Made by a program: the position numbers and the translations under genes | Assembly (NCBI GenBank): GCA_963828195.1 | Contig: CAWHDT010000007.1 | Location: 64,001 to 128,000, forward strand | DNA length: 64,000 nt | Source: Candidatus Bathyarchaeota archaeon | GTDB taxonomy: Archaea; Thermoproteota; Bathyarchaeia; Bathyarchaeales; Bathycorpusculaceae | Reading direction: 5' to 3' | The notes under the pieces: model-generated | The model's database searches: none | What the model saw: only the letters and a program-made list of their open reading frames with translations | What the model was told of the DNA's origin: nothing | In this document: piece by piece, positions 1 to 8,634 of the stretch | Layout: each line of letters begins with the position of its first letter | How positions within the stretch are numbered: position 1 is the first letter of the stretch

Positions 1-216
1 TACGATACACTGGGCCTAGCAATCGGCGCCGGATTAGCTATTGGCTTATCTTCCTTAGGCGCTGGACTTGGAATCTCCGCCGTTGGCAGCGCCGCCATCA
101 GTGCACTATCTGAGAAGCCTGAAACTTTCTTTAGGAGTTTCTTGATTGTGGCGTTGTCTGAAGCCTTAGCTATTTATGGGTTAATCATGGGAATTCTACT
201 TTGGATAAAAATATAA
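1..216 (+). CDS. atpK: A/V-type ATP synthase subunit K (c), 3' part; truncated by window edge
   Basis: Manual frame-1 translation YDTLGLAIGAGLAIGLSSLGAGLG...SEKPETFFRSFLIVALSEALAIYGLIMGILLWIKI*: proteolipid hairpin with catalytic Glu. Confidence 0.9.
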   Translation, partial: YDTLGLAIGAGLAIGLSSLGAGLGISAVGSAAISALSEKPETFFRSFLIVALSEALAIYGLIMGILLWIKI

Positions 217-440
217 AAAGCAAGGGCGCTTTTGGGCATGCGTGCTGTATTCGTTTTTTCTTGAACAAGAAAGATAAGTAGCTATACTGCTGACCTTGAG
301 AATTTCTACATAGTCCTAATTAATTTCTTTCCGGTTTTATTTCTCTGGAACTAAACTTAGGAAAATAAAATTGGTGAAAAAACCGCAATCTTTTAGACCG
401 ACGCTCGATAACTTAAATATATGAAGTTACTCCTGATGAT

Positions 441-959
441 TTGTCCGTGAGTGATAATGACTTATCAAAAGTAGTTTGGCTTGCTTTTTTGGTTGTCCTC
501 TTAGCTGCCGTCGTGGCGGGTGCGGTGATTGGTTACAATTTGAAGCCTTCAACGACCTCAGTCGCCAGTGTGCCGAAAACCGCGGATATAACTTTGGTAG
601 TTCAAGGTGACGTGAAACTTGGTCCCGATGGTTTACTTCACGACGCTTTTACGCCATGCAACTTCACCGTCTACGCAGGACAAGAAGTGAACCTAACAAT
701 TATAAACTATGATAACGGAGAACATAGCTTTACTAGCCCAAGCTTGGGAGTGAACTTTGCGGTACCGCCAAGCAATGAAACGGGAGTTCCAACAGTGTCT
801 AATTACCAGTTTAACGAGGCAACAGCTGGCGTTTACCGTTGGTGGTGCACATATCCATGCGATACCGATGCAGGGGACTGGGCAATGATGACCGGCAGCG
901 ATGGGCAACCTGACCAGATTGGATACATGGGCGGATTCGTAACCGTCCTACAAGGATAA
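441..959 (+). CDS. Membrane-anchored cupredoxin-fold protein with atypical ligand loop
   Basis: N-terminal TM helix; EHSFT His; C-terminal GVYRWWCTYPC...AM...GYMGG. Confidence 0.7.
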   Translation: MSVSDNDLSKVVWLAFLVVLLAAVVAGAVIGYNLKPSTTSVASVPKTADITLVVQGDVKLGPDGLLHDAFTPCNFTVYAGQEVNLTIINYDNGEHSFTSPSLGVNFAVPPSNETGVPTVSNYQFNEATAGVYRWWCTYPCDTDAGDWAMMTGSDGQPDQIGYMGGFVTVLQG

Positions 960-1105
960 ACAACTAATAATTCGCAAATGTAGTCGCATCAAAAGGATTA
1001 AAGGATGAACCTTCAAACCTTTTCTTGTCTGAGGAAAAGACACTCTCAACTTATCTTTATGAAAATATGTTTGAAAATGAAAAAAGCCCTAAGATGATCG
1101 ACTAA

Positions 1106-1510
1106 TCATTCTTTCGCGTCTGTTATCATGACTGAGAATTTTATTTGTTTAACTGGCTTGTTGGCTTTTAGTCCGTCAATGAGGCTTTTAAGCCGCTCGG
1201 AGGGTCCTTTTACCGCCATAACCTCAAGGCAGCTTGTTTCATTTAGATGCGAGTGCAGATATGCTGCAATCATGTCTCCGTATTCATGCTGCAGGTGGAA
1301 CAATTCTTCATTTTGCTCTGTCTTCTCATAAAGAACGGTTATGGTGGCTATCACGTTTCCTTTGATTTTGTCTAATTCGTTATATTCTGTAATGTAGTTT
1401 CTGACAGCTTGCCTGATCACTTCGGATCTGGTCGCAGAGTGCTGTTCACCTAAAACACCATCCAACTCTTTGAGCAGTTCCTCAGGCAGTGAAACGCTAA
1501 TTATTTCCAC
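1106..1510 (-). CDS. nikR: NikR-family ribbon-helix-helix metal-responsive regulator
   Basis: IISVSLPEELL..LD..RSEVIRQAVR RHH domain; LQHEY, HSH and CLEV match the NikR His/His/His/Cys site. Confidence 0.85.
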   Translation of the reverse strand: MEIISVSLPEELLKELDGVLGEQHSATRSEVIRQAVRNYITEYNELDKIKGNVIATITVLYEKTEQNEELFHLQHEYGDMIAAYLHSHLNETSCLEVMAVKGPSERLKSLIDGLKANKPVKQIKFSVMITDAKE

Positions 1511-1656
1511 GTAATTCTCCTCAACAGCTTATTGTAACAAGATGTTTAACTAATAAATCGTCTTATGCCACGTTGGCTTATGCACCATTAAGATGAGTGG
1601 TTCTAAATGATTTAGTTTTGATTTTCTTTTGCTCTGTCCAGCCAAAAACTGCGTGG

Positions 1657-1688
1657 AGTTATTAAAAAATGAGTAAAACTTAATAACT
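1657..1688. promoter_or_regulatory. Candidate NikR operator
   Basis: Perfect inverted repeat AGTTATTAA-N14-TTAATAACT between divergent nikR and the ABC operon. Confidence 0.55.
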
Positions 1689-1725
1689 TGGGCTGACTAC
1701 AATGCACATATAGGCAGATTAGGAT

Positions 1726-2721
1726 ATGCGGAAAACAACATCTATAATTATTGCAGTAATCTTGGTGGTGTTAATTGTGGGAGGAGCCTTCACAGGCATA
1801 TATCTCTCAAAACATTCAACCTCTACAAGTTCCACTGGAGTGACTGGCACTACGGGAGTGACCGGCACTGCAAGTTCTAATGGAGTGATAAAGATAGTTG
1901 CCGCTGAAAATTTCTGGGGCAGCTTAGTATCTCAACTTGGAGGAACAAAAGTTAATGTGACGAGCATCGTTTCAGACCCCAATACTGACCCTCACGAATA
2001 CGAAAGCAATGCCGCTGACGCCATAGCAATCGCAAATGCCCAATTCGTAATTGTCAACGGAGCCGGATATGACACTTGGGCTCTTCAGCTGATTTCCGCA
2101 AGCGCTTCTTCAAATCAAGTTGTCTTAAACGTCCAAGAACTCATCAACCAAACAATTGACGCTAATCCCCACTTCTGGTACAGCCCCTACTATGTGAATG
2201 ACACTGTAGCTGAGATGTACAAAATCCTCTGCGCCATCGAACCATCCGCCACCTCATACTTTACACAGCAGTATCAAATATTGAAAGATGGCAACGGCCC
2301 TAATGATATATCGCTTAGCACATACAACGCGCGGATTGACGAGATAGCGCAAGATTTTGCCGGCACAAAGGTAGGATCTACGGAGAGCATCTTTGTGTAT
2401 CTCGCGAACGCCACCGGTCTTGACCTAGTGTCTCCTCCTGCATTCATGGAAGCCGTCGCAGAAGGAAACGATCCCCCAGCGCAGAGCGTCGTACAGTTCG
2501 ATAATCTCATTACGAATGGAACCATCACTATGCTGGTCTACAACGAACAAACTGTGACGCTGCTCACGACGAGCATCAAAGCACTAGCTGCTAAATATGA
2601 CATTCCGATTGTTGGAGTGACAGAGACTATACAGCCGCCGGATGTCTCGTTCCAAACTTGGATGAATGCTGAGTTACTCGCAATTCAAGACACACTTAAC
2701 GCAAATGCCCTTGGTCAGTAA
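1726..2721 (+). CDS. Zn/Mn-type (cluster A-I) metal ABC transporter substrate-binding protein
   Basis: VAAENFWG, DPHEYE, NPHFWY motifs; N-terminal TM anchor with Thr/Gly linker. Confidence 0.9.
   Translation: MRKTTSIIIAVILVVLIVGGAFTGIYLSKHSTSTSSTGVTGTTGVTGTASSNGVIKIVAAENFWGSLVSQLGGTKVNVTSIVSDPNTDPHEYESNAADAIAIANAQFVIVNGAGYDTWALQLISASASSNQVVLNVQELINQTIDANPHFWYSPYYVNDTVAEMYKILCAIEPSATSYFTQQYQILKDGNGPNDISLSTYNARIDEIAQDFAGTKVGSTESIFVYLANATGLDLVSPPAFMEAVAEGNDPPAQSVVQFDNLITNGTITMLVYNEQTVTLLTTSIKALAAKYDIPIVGVTETIQPPDVSFQTWMNAELLAIQDTLNANALGQ
1834..1869 (+). repeat. 18-bp imperfect tandem duplication encoding TGVTGT x2
   Basis: actggagtgactggcact / acgggagtgaccggcact. Confidence 0.7.
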
Positions 2722-2723
2722 AT

Positions 2724-3521
2724 ATGACAGAACAATACGAAATCATAAAGTCCGAGAATCTGGTGGCGGGCTACCCAGGCAACGTAGTTTGGCGAGACGC
2801 CAATTTCGCCATTAACCGTGGCGAGTTTGTTGCTGTTATCGGTCCTAACGGAGCAGGCAAGACAACTATGTTTCGTTTGCTCCTTGGGCTACAAAAACCT
2901 ATCAGCGGCACCCTCAAGATATTCGATGAAGCGCCTAAACGCGGCAATCCGCAGATTGGTTACGTTCCTCAGCGTCATATTTTCGATGGTGAAACGAGTG
3001 TTGAAGCTTTTGAACTTGTGCGGCTGGGAGTCTCCGGTACACGATGGGGTTTAGGCCTGTTCTCCAAAAAAGACCACAAAGCTGCTTTGGACGCGCTGGA
3101 AGGTGTTGACGCGACAGATTTGGCTCATCGTTCCCTCAGCGTGTTGTCGGGCGGGGAACTGCAAAAAATATTTTTAGCCGAGGCACTTGTAAGCAACCCC
3201 TCTATCCTATTGCTTGACGAGCCGCTGTCGAATCTTGACATGCGACGCGAGAGAGAATTACTACAGCTTATACACAAAGTAGTTCAATCGCGCAACGTAA
3301 CTGCACTGCTGATAGCCCACAACATCAACCCTCTTTTACCATACCTCGATAAAGTGGTCTACATAGCTAACGGCAAAGTAGCGACTGGAACACCACAAGA
3401 AGTCCTAACATCGGAATGTCTCTCGGCACTATTCGGAGTACAAGTCGAAGTCCTCAAGGATTCGAGAGGTAACATCGCAATCGTAGGAATTGAAGACTGC
3501 CACGGGTGCCAACCAGAATGA
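2724..3521 (+). CDS. Metal ABC transporter ATP-binding protein (ZnuC-like)
   Basis: GPNGAGKT, LSGGE, LLLDEP, GYVPQR. Confidence 0.92.
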   Translation: MTEQYEIIKSENLVAGYPGNVVWRDANFAINRGEFVAVIGPNGAGKTTMFRLLLGLQKPISGTLKIFDEAPKRGNPQIGYVPQRHIFDGETSVEAFELVRLGVSGTRWGLGLFSKKDHKAALDALEGVDATDLAHRSLSVLSGGELQKIFLAEALVSNPSILLLDEPLSNLDMRRERELLQLIHKVVQSRNVTALLIAHNINPLLPYLDKVVYIANGKVATGTPQEVLTSECLSALFGVQVEVLKDSRGNIAIVGIEDCHGCQPE

Positions 3522-4387
3522 CCTTAACATCATTGTCTACTTTATCTTCAACCTTTAGCTATAATCCAATTATCGATCTGCAACGGATTTTTCAATTTGC
3601 GTTCATGCAGCACGCCTATGAGGCAGGAACAGTCGTCGCAATCGTCGCGGGCATTGTCGGCTATTTCATTGTGATTCGTCGTTCCTCATTCGCAGCGCAT
3701 GCACTCTCCCACGTCGGTTTCACTGGGGGAGCGTTTGCCGTATTAATCGGCATCAGCCCCATTTACGGTCTTCTCATGTTCACAAGTATTGGCGGACTTG
3801 GAATAGCCGCGCTTGGTCGGAAGGCTTCCTCGCGTGACGTCCAGATCGGATCGGTTCTCGCATTCATGCTCGGTCTAGGCGTGTTGTTCCTCAGCCTCTA
3901 TACTGGTTATGCAACCGAGGCGTATTCGATCTTGTTTGGAGAAATATTAGGCGTCAGTTATACCGCTGTTCTTTTGACCCTCTTTGCTGGCGCGATAATT
4001 CTGGCGGTTACCGCGGTGGTATATCGACCACTCTTGTTTTCATCGCTTGATGAAGATGTTGCTGAAGCAAAAGGAATGCCCGTACTTTGGCTCGGCGTAA
4101 TTTTCATGCTTCTGGTAGCAGTTGTAACGTCATTTGCGGTCCAGGTCGTTGGCGTCCTGCTCATTTTCGCATTGATGGTCACGCCAGCCGCAACTGCTCA
4201 ATTGTTGGCAAAACGGCCGCGGCAAGTCATAATTCTTTCGGTAATCATTGCTCTGTTAGCAACTTGGTTTGGGCTTTTCATCGCGTTTTATACACCCTAC
4301 CCCGTTAGCTTTTTCATATGCAGCATAGTGTTTTTCTTTTACTTGTTTGTAAGATTCGTCTATAGAAAAATTAGGCCTTTGGCCTAA
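3518..4387 (+). CDS. Metal ABC transporter permease (ZnuB-like)
   Basis: HALSHVGFTG, ILFGEILG, VVGVLLIFALMVTPAATA; ATG at 3518 overlaps the upstream stop (ATGA). Confidence 0.9.
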   Translation: MTLTSLSTLSSTFSYNPIIDLQRIFQFAFMQHAYEAGTVVAIVAGIVGYFIVIRRSSFAAHALSHVGFTGGAFAVLIGISPIYGLLMFTSIGGLGIAALGRKASSRDVQIGSVLAFMLGLGVLFLSLYTGYATEAYSILFGEILGVSYTAVLLTLFAGAIILAVTAVVYRPLLFSSLDEDVAEAKGMPVLWLGVIFMLLVAVVTSFAVQVVGVLLIFALMVTPAATAQLLAKRPRQVIILSVIIALLATWFGLFIAFYTPYPVSFFICSIVFFFYLFVRFVYRKIRPLA

Positions 4388-4434
4388 TTTTTGAGAAAAA
4401 GCACTTTTTCTAAGAATTCCGTTAAATCAAATGT

Positions 4435-5085
4435 TCACGGGTTAATTACCACGTTGCCCCACATGCCTAGTGTGACGTGACCTGGAACTTGGCAGATGTA
4501 GTAAAAGTCGCCTGATTTGGTTACTTTAAAAATGATTGATGCGGTTTGGTTCATTTCTATGGGGACTGAGCCGCTGTCGATTTGCGCGCCGAACAGTACT
4601 TTGGCGGATGTTTGGTTTGTGGTTGTTAGTGCCCAGTTATGAGGCATGGTTCCAATGTTGATGACTGTCATGTTTACTACGTCGCCGACGTTGAAGGTTA
4701 ATGTCGGACCTGGTGAGGTTATGGTGTTTGAGCTGTTTCCAAATCCGTATAGGGTTAAAGTGTTACTAGCATAGAGAGTTACTGAAACGTTGGGTGGAGG
4801 CAGAGGTGGGGTTGTTCCAACGCCTGTGAACACGGCAGCCGCCAGCAAAACGAGGACTGCTAAGGCAGCGAAGCCTGCAGTTAAGAGTTTTTTGCTGACT
4901 CCAGGGTTTTGCTCATAAAAAATGTAGACAAGCAACGCAAACGCAATAAGTTCGGCGCTCATGAGGAAGCCGAAGACTCTTTGTTGAGATATAAAATCCA
5001 AAAACCATATCGAGATTCCCACAACAATCAGAAAAGTTAAGAGGAAAAATGCAATCAAACGTAGTGGGTCGCTATTGTGTGTCAT
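4435..5085 (-). CDS. Multi-TM membrane protein with C-terminal type-1 blue copper (rusticyanin/sulfocyanin-like) domain
   Basis: Three TM helices, then SPGPTL, MPHNW and YICQVPGHVTLGMWG (His/Cys/His/Met); start 5085 or 5124. Confidence 0.8.
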   Translation of the reverse strand: MTHNSDPLRLIAFFLLTFLIVVGISIWFLDFISQQRVFGFLMSAELIAFALLVYIFYEQNPGVSKKLLTAGFAALAVLVLLAAAVFTGVGTTPPLPPPNVSVTLYASNTLTLYGFGNSSNTITSPGPTLTFNVGDVVNMTVINIGTMPHNWALTTTNQTSAKVLFGAQIDSGSVPIEMNQTASIIFKVTKSGDFYYICQVPGHVTLGMWGNVVINP

Positions 5086-5386
5086 TGTTTTGTCTCTAGA
5101 GAGAGCGGTATTTACTGCAACCATAAACGTTTTCCCCTAACATAAAAAGCATAACAATAAGCACTCTTTAAGAGAAAACAAGAGCTTATTTAATGCTATG
5201 GTCTCAGGTACCAATTGTTTTAGCACTTAAAAATAGTTCTCAACTGCGAGACCGCTCTGAACAGGATATCAGATAGGGCAATTTCGCCAACATATTTCAG
5301 CACATAATATTGGAAGAGGCAGCGCCCCCGCCTTCAAACTGCCAGCGTTGGCGAATTATAAAATTAGCAGGATAAAAAAAGAAAGA

Positions 5387-5974
5387 TTATGATTTAACGA
5401 ATTTTGGTCTGATTTTCTGCCGCACCACGAAAGCTGACAAAGCGGTTATTGCAAGCGCAACGAACATCAATGCCAAGGCTGAAGGAAACTCAGGAATGGT
5501 TGGAGTCGGAGAGGTGCTGGCGGCTGATACTACTACGTTTCCCCACATGCCAAGTGATATGTGGGCTGGTACTGTGCAGACGTAGTAGAAGTTGCCTGTT
5601 TGGGTAGGAGTGACAGTGGCTGATCCTGAACCTCCAGCTGGAATGTAGTTGGTTATGTCAATGCCTGAGTTCCACAAGGGTGAAGTGCTTGCTGCTTTGG
5701 TCGGGACTATTTCGAAGGAATGTTGCATGGTGGAGACGTTGTTTACTGTTATTGTATATGTTGTGCCTTCCACTAGAGTTAATGTTGGTCCAGGCGAGGT
5801 AATTTTGCTTGAGCTTAGACCGTACCCATAGGTGCCTGAGCCTGTTGTCACTGAACCTGCATACAGGGTTATTGAATTTCCAGAAATCTGCGCCTTAGTT
5901 GTCGTCGCCGTCAAAGTAGATAATAAGCCTATTACAAGTATTAGAGTAAACACTAACCAAATTCGGTTTTTCAT
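5387..5974 (-). CDS. Secreted type-1 blue copper protein with PEF-CTERM-like C-terminal anchor
   Basis: Signal peptide; MQHSF and YVCTVPAHISLGMWG; tail PTPTIPEFP + TM helix + basic residues. Confidence 0.8.
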   Translation of the reverse strand: MKNRIWLVFTLILVIGLLSTLTATTTKAQISGNSITLYAGSVTTGSGTYGYGLSSSKITSPGPTLTLVEGTTYTITVNNVSTMQHSFEIVPTKAASTSPLWNSGIDITNYIPAGGSGSATVTPTQTGNFYYVCTVPAHISLGMWGNVVVSAASTSPTPTIPEFPSALALMFVALAITALSAFVVRQKIRPKFVKS

Positions 5975-6138
5975 AATTATCCTCTTTTACTCAGCTAGTT
6001 TAATTCAATTGTTTTAAAAAGATTTGTTGTAGTGCATATACAGTCACAATACCGAAATTATTTGCCTCGACTTGCCTAATAACACTGAATGCTTTCAGCG
6101 GCTCCGGTTTTATCTACACGTTTTCTTGACCGGAACGT

Positions 6139-7005
6139 TTAGATGAGCACGATTTTGTCGATGATTAGCCCCATCATCAAGCAAGTCAAATAGGGCATTG
6201 ATGCAATAAACACTTTAAATCCCTGTGTTTCAGAGGAGGAAAATAGTAATCCGCGGTTTCGGAACAAAAACGTGACGCCCGCCGCCAAAGCAACTGCCGT
6301 ATAGATTATGCCAGTTAAACCGAAAAGTACGAATAGAAACGAGGAAGCAACAGTTAAAACATTCAACCAAAAAACAACCTGCGACGTCTTTACTATGCCA
6401 ATCTTCACTGGAAGCATAGGAATCCCCGCAGCCTTGTATTCCTTCACTTTTTTAATGGCAAGTCCCCAAAGATGACCTGGCGTCCAAAGAAAATCCAGCA
6501 TCGCAACAAGAAAGGGCATTAAACTAAGCGTATTGACGGCGGCTGTCCAACCAGCAAGTCCCGCAAAACAGCCAGCGAAACCGCCTATAACCACATTCCA
6601 GGGGCTGGTGCGCTTTAGCCAAACAGTGTAAATAAATAGGTAAAAGACTGTTCCAAGACCGAGCATCAGGCAAGTCATGGGGTTGAACAAGAAAAAAGAG
6701 AAGGCGAAGCTTGAAGAAATCATTGCCAACCCCAATATCAGTGCTTCATTTGATCTCACTTTTCCGGCAGGAATTGCCCTTTTCGAGGTGCGCGACATTA
6801 ATTTGTCAACGTCTCTATCATAGAAGCTGTTTAAGACACCGCAGCCTCCAGCAGCTAAATAACCTATAACAGCGAACAAGGCAAGTTTAAACCAGGAGAT
6901 AGCAGGAAACACAGCAAGCACAAAGCAAGTGACTCCCACCAGCAAATTTAGTAGTGTCACCTTAGGCTTCGTTAGTTGAAGATATCGGTTTATTTTTTCC
7001 CTCAT
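6139..7005 (-). CDS. cyoE: Protoheme IX farnesyltransferase (heme o synthase)
   Basis: LTKPKV, NSFYDRDVDKLMSRTSKRAIP, YTVWLKR, WTPGHLW, EYKAAGIPMLP. Confidence 0.93.
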   Translation of the reverse strand: MREKINRYLQLTKPKVTLLNLLVGVTCFVLAVFPAISWFKLALFAVIGYLAAGGCGVLNSFYDRDVDKLMSRTSKRAIPAGKVRSNEALILGLAMISSSFAFSFFLFNPMTCLMLGLGTVFYLFIYTVWLKRTSPWNVVIGGFAGCFAGLAGWTAAVNTLSLMPFLVAMLDFLWTPGHLWGLAIKKVKEYKAAGIPMLPVKIGIVKTSQVVFWLNVLTVASSFLFVLFGLTGIIYTAVALAAGVTFLFRNRGLLFSSSETQGFKVFIASMPYLTCLMMGLIIDKIVLI

Positions 7006-7055
7006 AATCAGATTCTCTCAAAATACAAAATATGTTTACATACGTTTTAGAACCG

Positions 7056-7574
7056 TTAAGGAAACGCTGGGCCAGTTACTGAGCTCACTATGACTGCGCC
7101 ATACATTCCGTCCGCTGTATCATTGCCAACGGGGGAGATGTACCAGTAATCAAAAGCCTCATTGTTTGGAGTAAAAACAACCGAGCCTTCTTGTCCCGGC
7201 TGAAGAGGGTTGCTTGCTGAACCAATCACGGCGCCGAATAATACTGTGGCATCTGCAATGGGCATGGTGGTTATTGCGAAGGCGTGCGGCAGCTTTCCTA
7301 CGTTTATTACGGTGAGGTTAACGAGGTCTGATGTGGAGAATCCAATGGTCGGTCCAGGCGAGGTCAGGTTGTCTGCTGCCGCGCCGAATCCAAATTGGCC
7401 GTCGGGCATTTCTCCTTCGTAGAGTACAATATTTGACGGAGTCCTAGTTGAGACGTGGGTTACCAATTTAGGCTGAATATTGAAAATCAGCATAGATATC
7501 GCTCCGAAGAAAAACGCGAGCGCAAGAATCCCTATCAAGATGAGGGGCAGATAAGCTTTGAGTTTGCTTTTCAT
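7056..7574 (-). CDS. Membrane-anchored cupredoxin-like protein lacking the Cys and second His ligands
   Basis: SPGPT, LPHAF and GMYG retained, but ligand loop reads YWYISPVGNDTADGM. Confidence 0.7.
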   Translation of the reverse strand: MKSKLKAYLPLILIGILALAFFFGAISMLIFNIQPKLVTHVSTRTPSNIVLYEGEMPDGQFGFGAAADNLTSPGPTIGFSTSDLVNLTVINVGKLPHAFAITTMPIADATVLFGAVIGSASNPLQPGQEGSVVFTPNNEAFDYWYISPVGNDTADGMYGAVIVSSVTGPAFP

Positions 7575-7587
7575 TTGTTCATCACAT

Positions 7588-7860
7588 TCACATAGACATT
7601 GACATCCAAGCTGCAACAGCTAGAATTATAACGCCTAAAACGGCAGCAATCGGCAAAAGAGCTAAACTTTTGTTTTCATACCGCAGATGCTGAAAGTACA
7701 TTGCTATCGTTACAGCTTTACCCGAAGATATCAGAAGAATAACCCCCGATATGACAGCGAACGTTCCAGGTAGTGACCGCGTCATTACTTCTGTCACGGT
7801 TGCTGCTACAAGTCCAGCCCAAATTCCCACATAAAATTTCATTCCATGCATGTTTTTCAC
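7588..7860 (-). CDS. Heme-copper oxidase subunit IV
   Basis: Three TM helices, KAVTIAMYFQHLRYE motif, position in the cox operon. Confidence 0.85.
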   Translation of the reverse strand: MKNMHGMKFYVGIWAGLVAATVTEVMTRSLPGTFAVISGVILLISSGKAVTIAMYFQHLRYENKSLALLPIAAVLGVIILAVAAWMSMSM

Positions 7861-8634
7861 CTAAATTAAATAGAAGAGTGGAAAGAGAAACATCCAAACG
7901 ATGTCGACAAAGTGCCAATACAAACCGATGTTCTCGACGGCTGAATGGTTAGTCTTAGTGAATCCTCCCTGATAGGTTCTAACGATCAAGTAACTAACCC
8001 CCACCAAACCCCCAACTACGTGAGCCGCGTGCAAACCCGTCAGCACGAAATAAGTTGAGCCTGGTAACCCACTGCTTATGGTGAACCCATGTCGGTAGTA
8101 AGCGGGCCATTCAATTCCCAGTTTTATTGCGAGGAAAGCGACGCCTAAGCCAAATGTGCTGAATAACCCGATTTTTAGTCCCCTTATATTGCCCGCTCTA
8201 ATCGAGACAAGCGCAAATATCATCGCTAAACTACTTGTAAGCAATACAATCGTATTAGTCATTCCAAGCATCACGTTGTGCACTTGAGTTGCCACCGGCC
8301 ATGAACCGCTTGAGAATCGAACAAAGATATAGGCAATTATGAGCGACCCAAAAATCAGAATTTCCGACACGAGAAAAATCCAGACGCCCAGTCTTCGTTT
8401 GTCCAAAAATCCAAGCGGCCACTTCTCCTCGACAGATTCTTTTAGATCAGCAAATTTCCCTTCAACGCTGTCCCTGAACAAAGTGAATACGCCAATAGCC
8501 AAAACCACTGCACCTGCAATTGCCAGTGGAATATAAACCACCAAGCCGAAAAGCAATAATGCAACTCCCGCGGCAACTATCAGCGGTGTAAAGGAAGATT
8601 TTTTCTCTTCAGGGCCATCGTAATTTTCAGTCAA
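7861..8634 (-). CDS. coxC: Heme-copper oxidase subunit III
   Basis: [34 protein letters not shown]. Confidence 0.93.
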   Translation of the reverse strand: MTENYDGPEEKKSSFTPLIVAAGVALLLFGLVVYIPLAIAGAVVLAIGVFTLFRDSVEGKFADLKESVEEKWPLGFLDKRRLGVWIFLVSEILIFGSLIIAYIFVRFSSGSWPVATQVHNVMLGMTNTIVLLTSSLAMIFALVSIRAGNIRGLKIGLFSTFGLGVAFLAIKLGIEWPAYYRHGFTISSGLPGSTYFVLTGLHAAHVVGGLVGVSYLIVRTYQGGFTKTNHSAVENIGLYWHFVDIVWMFLFPLFYLI

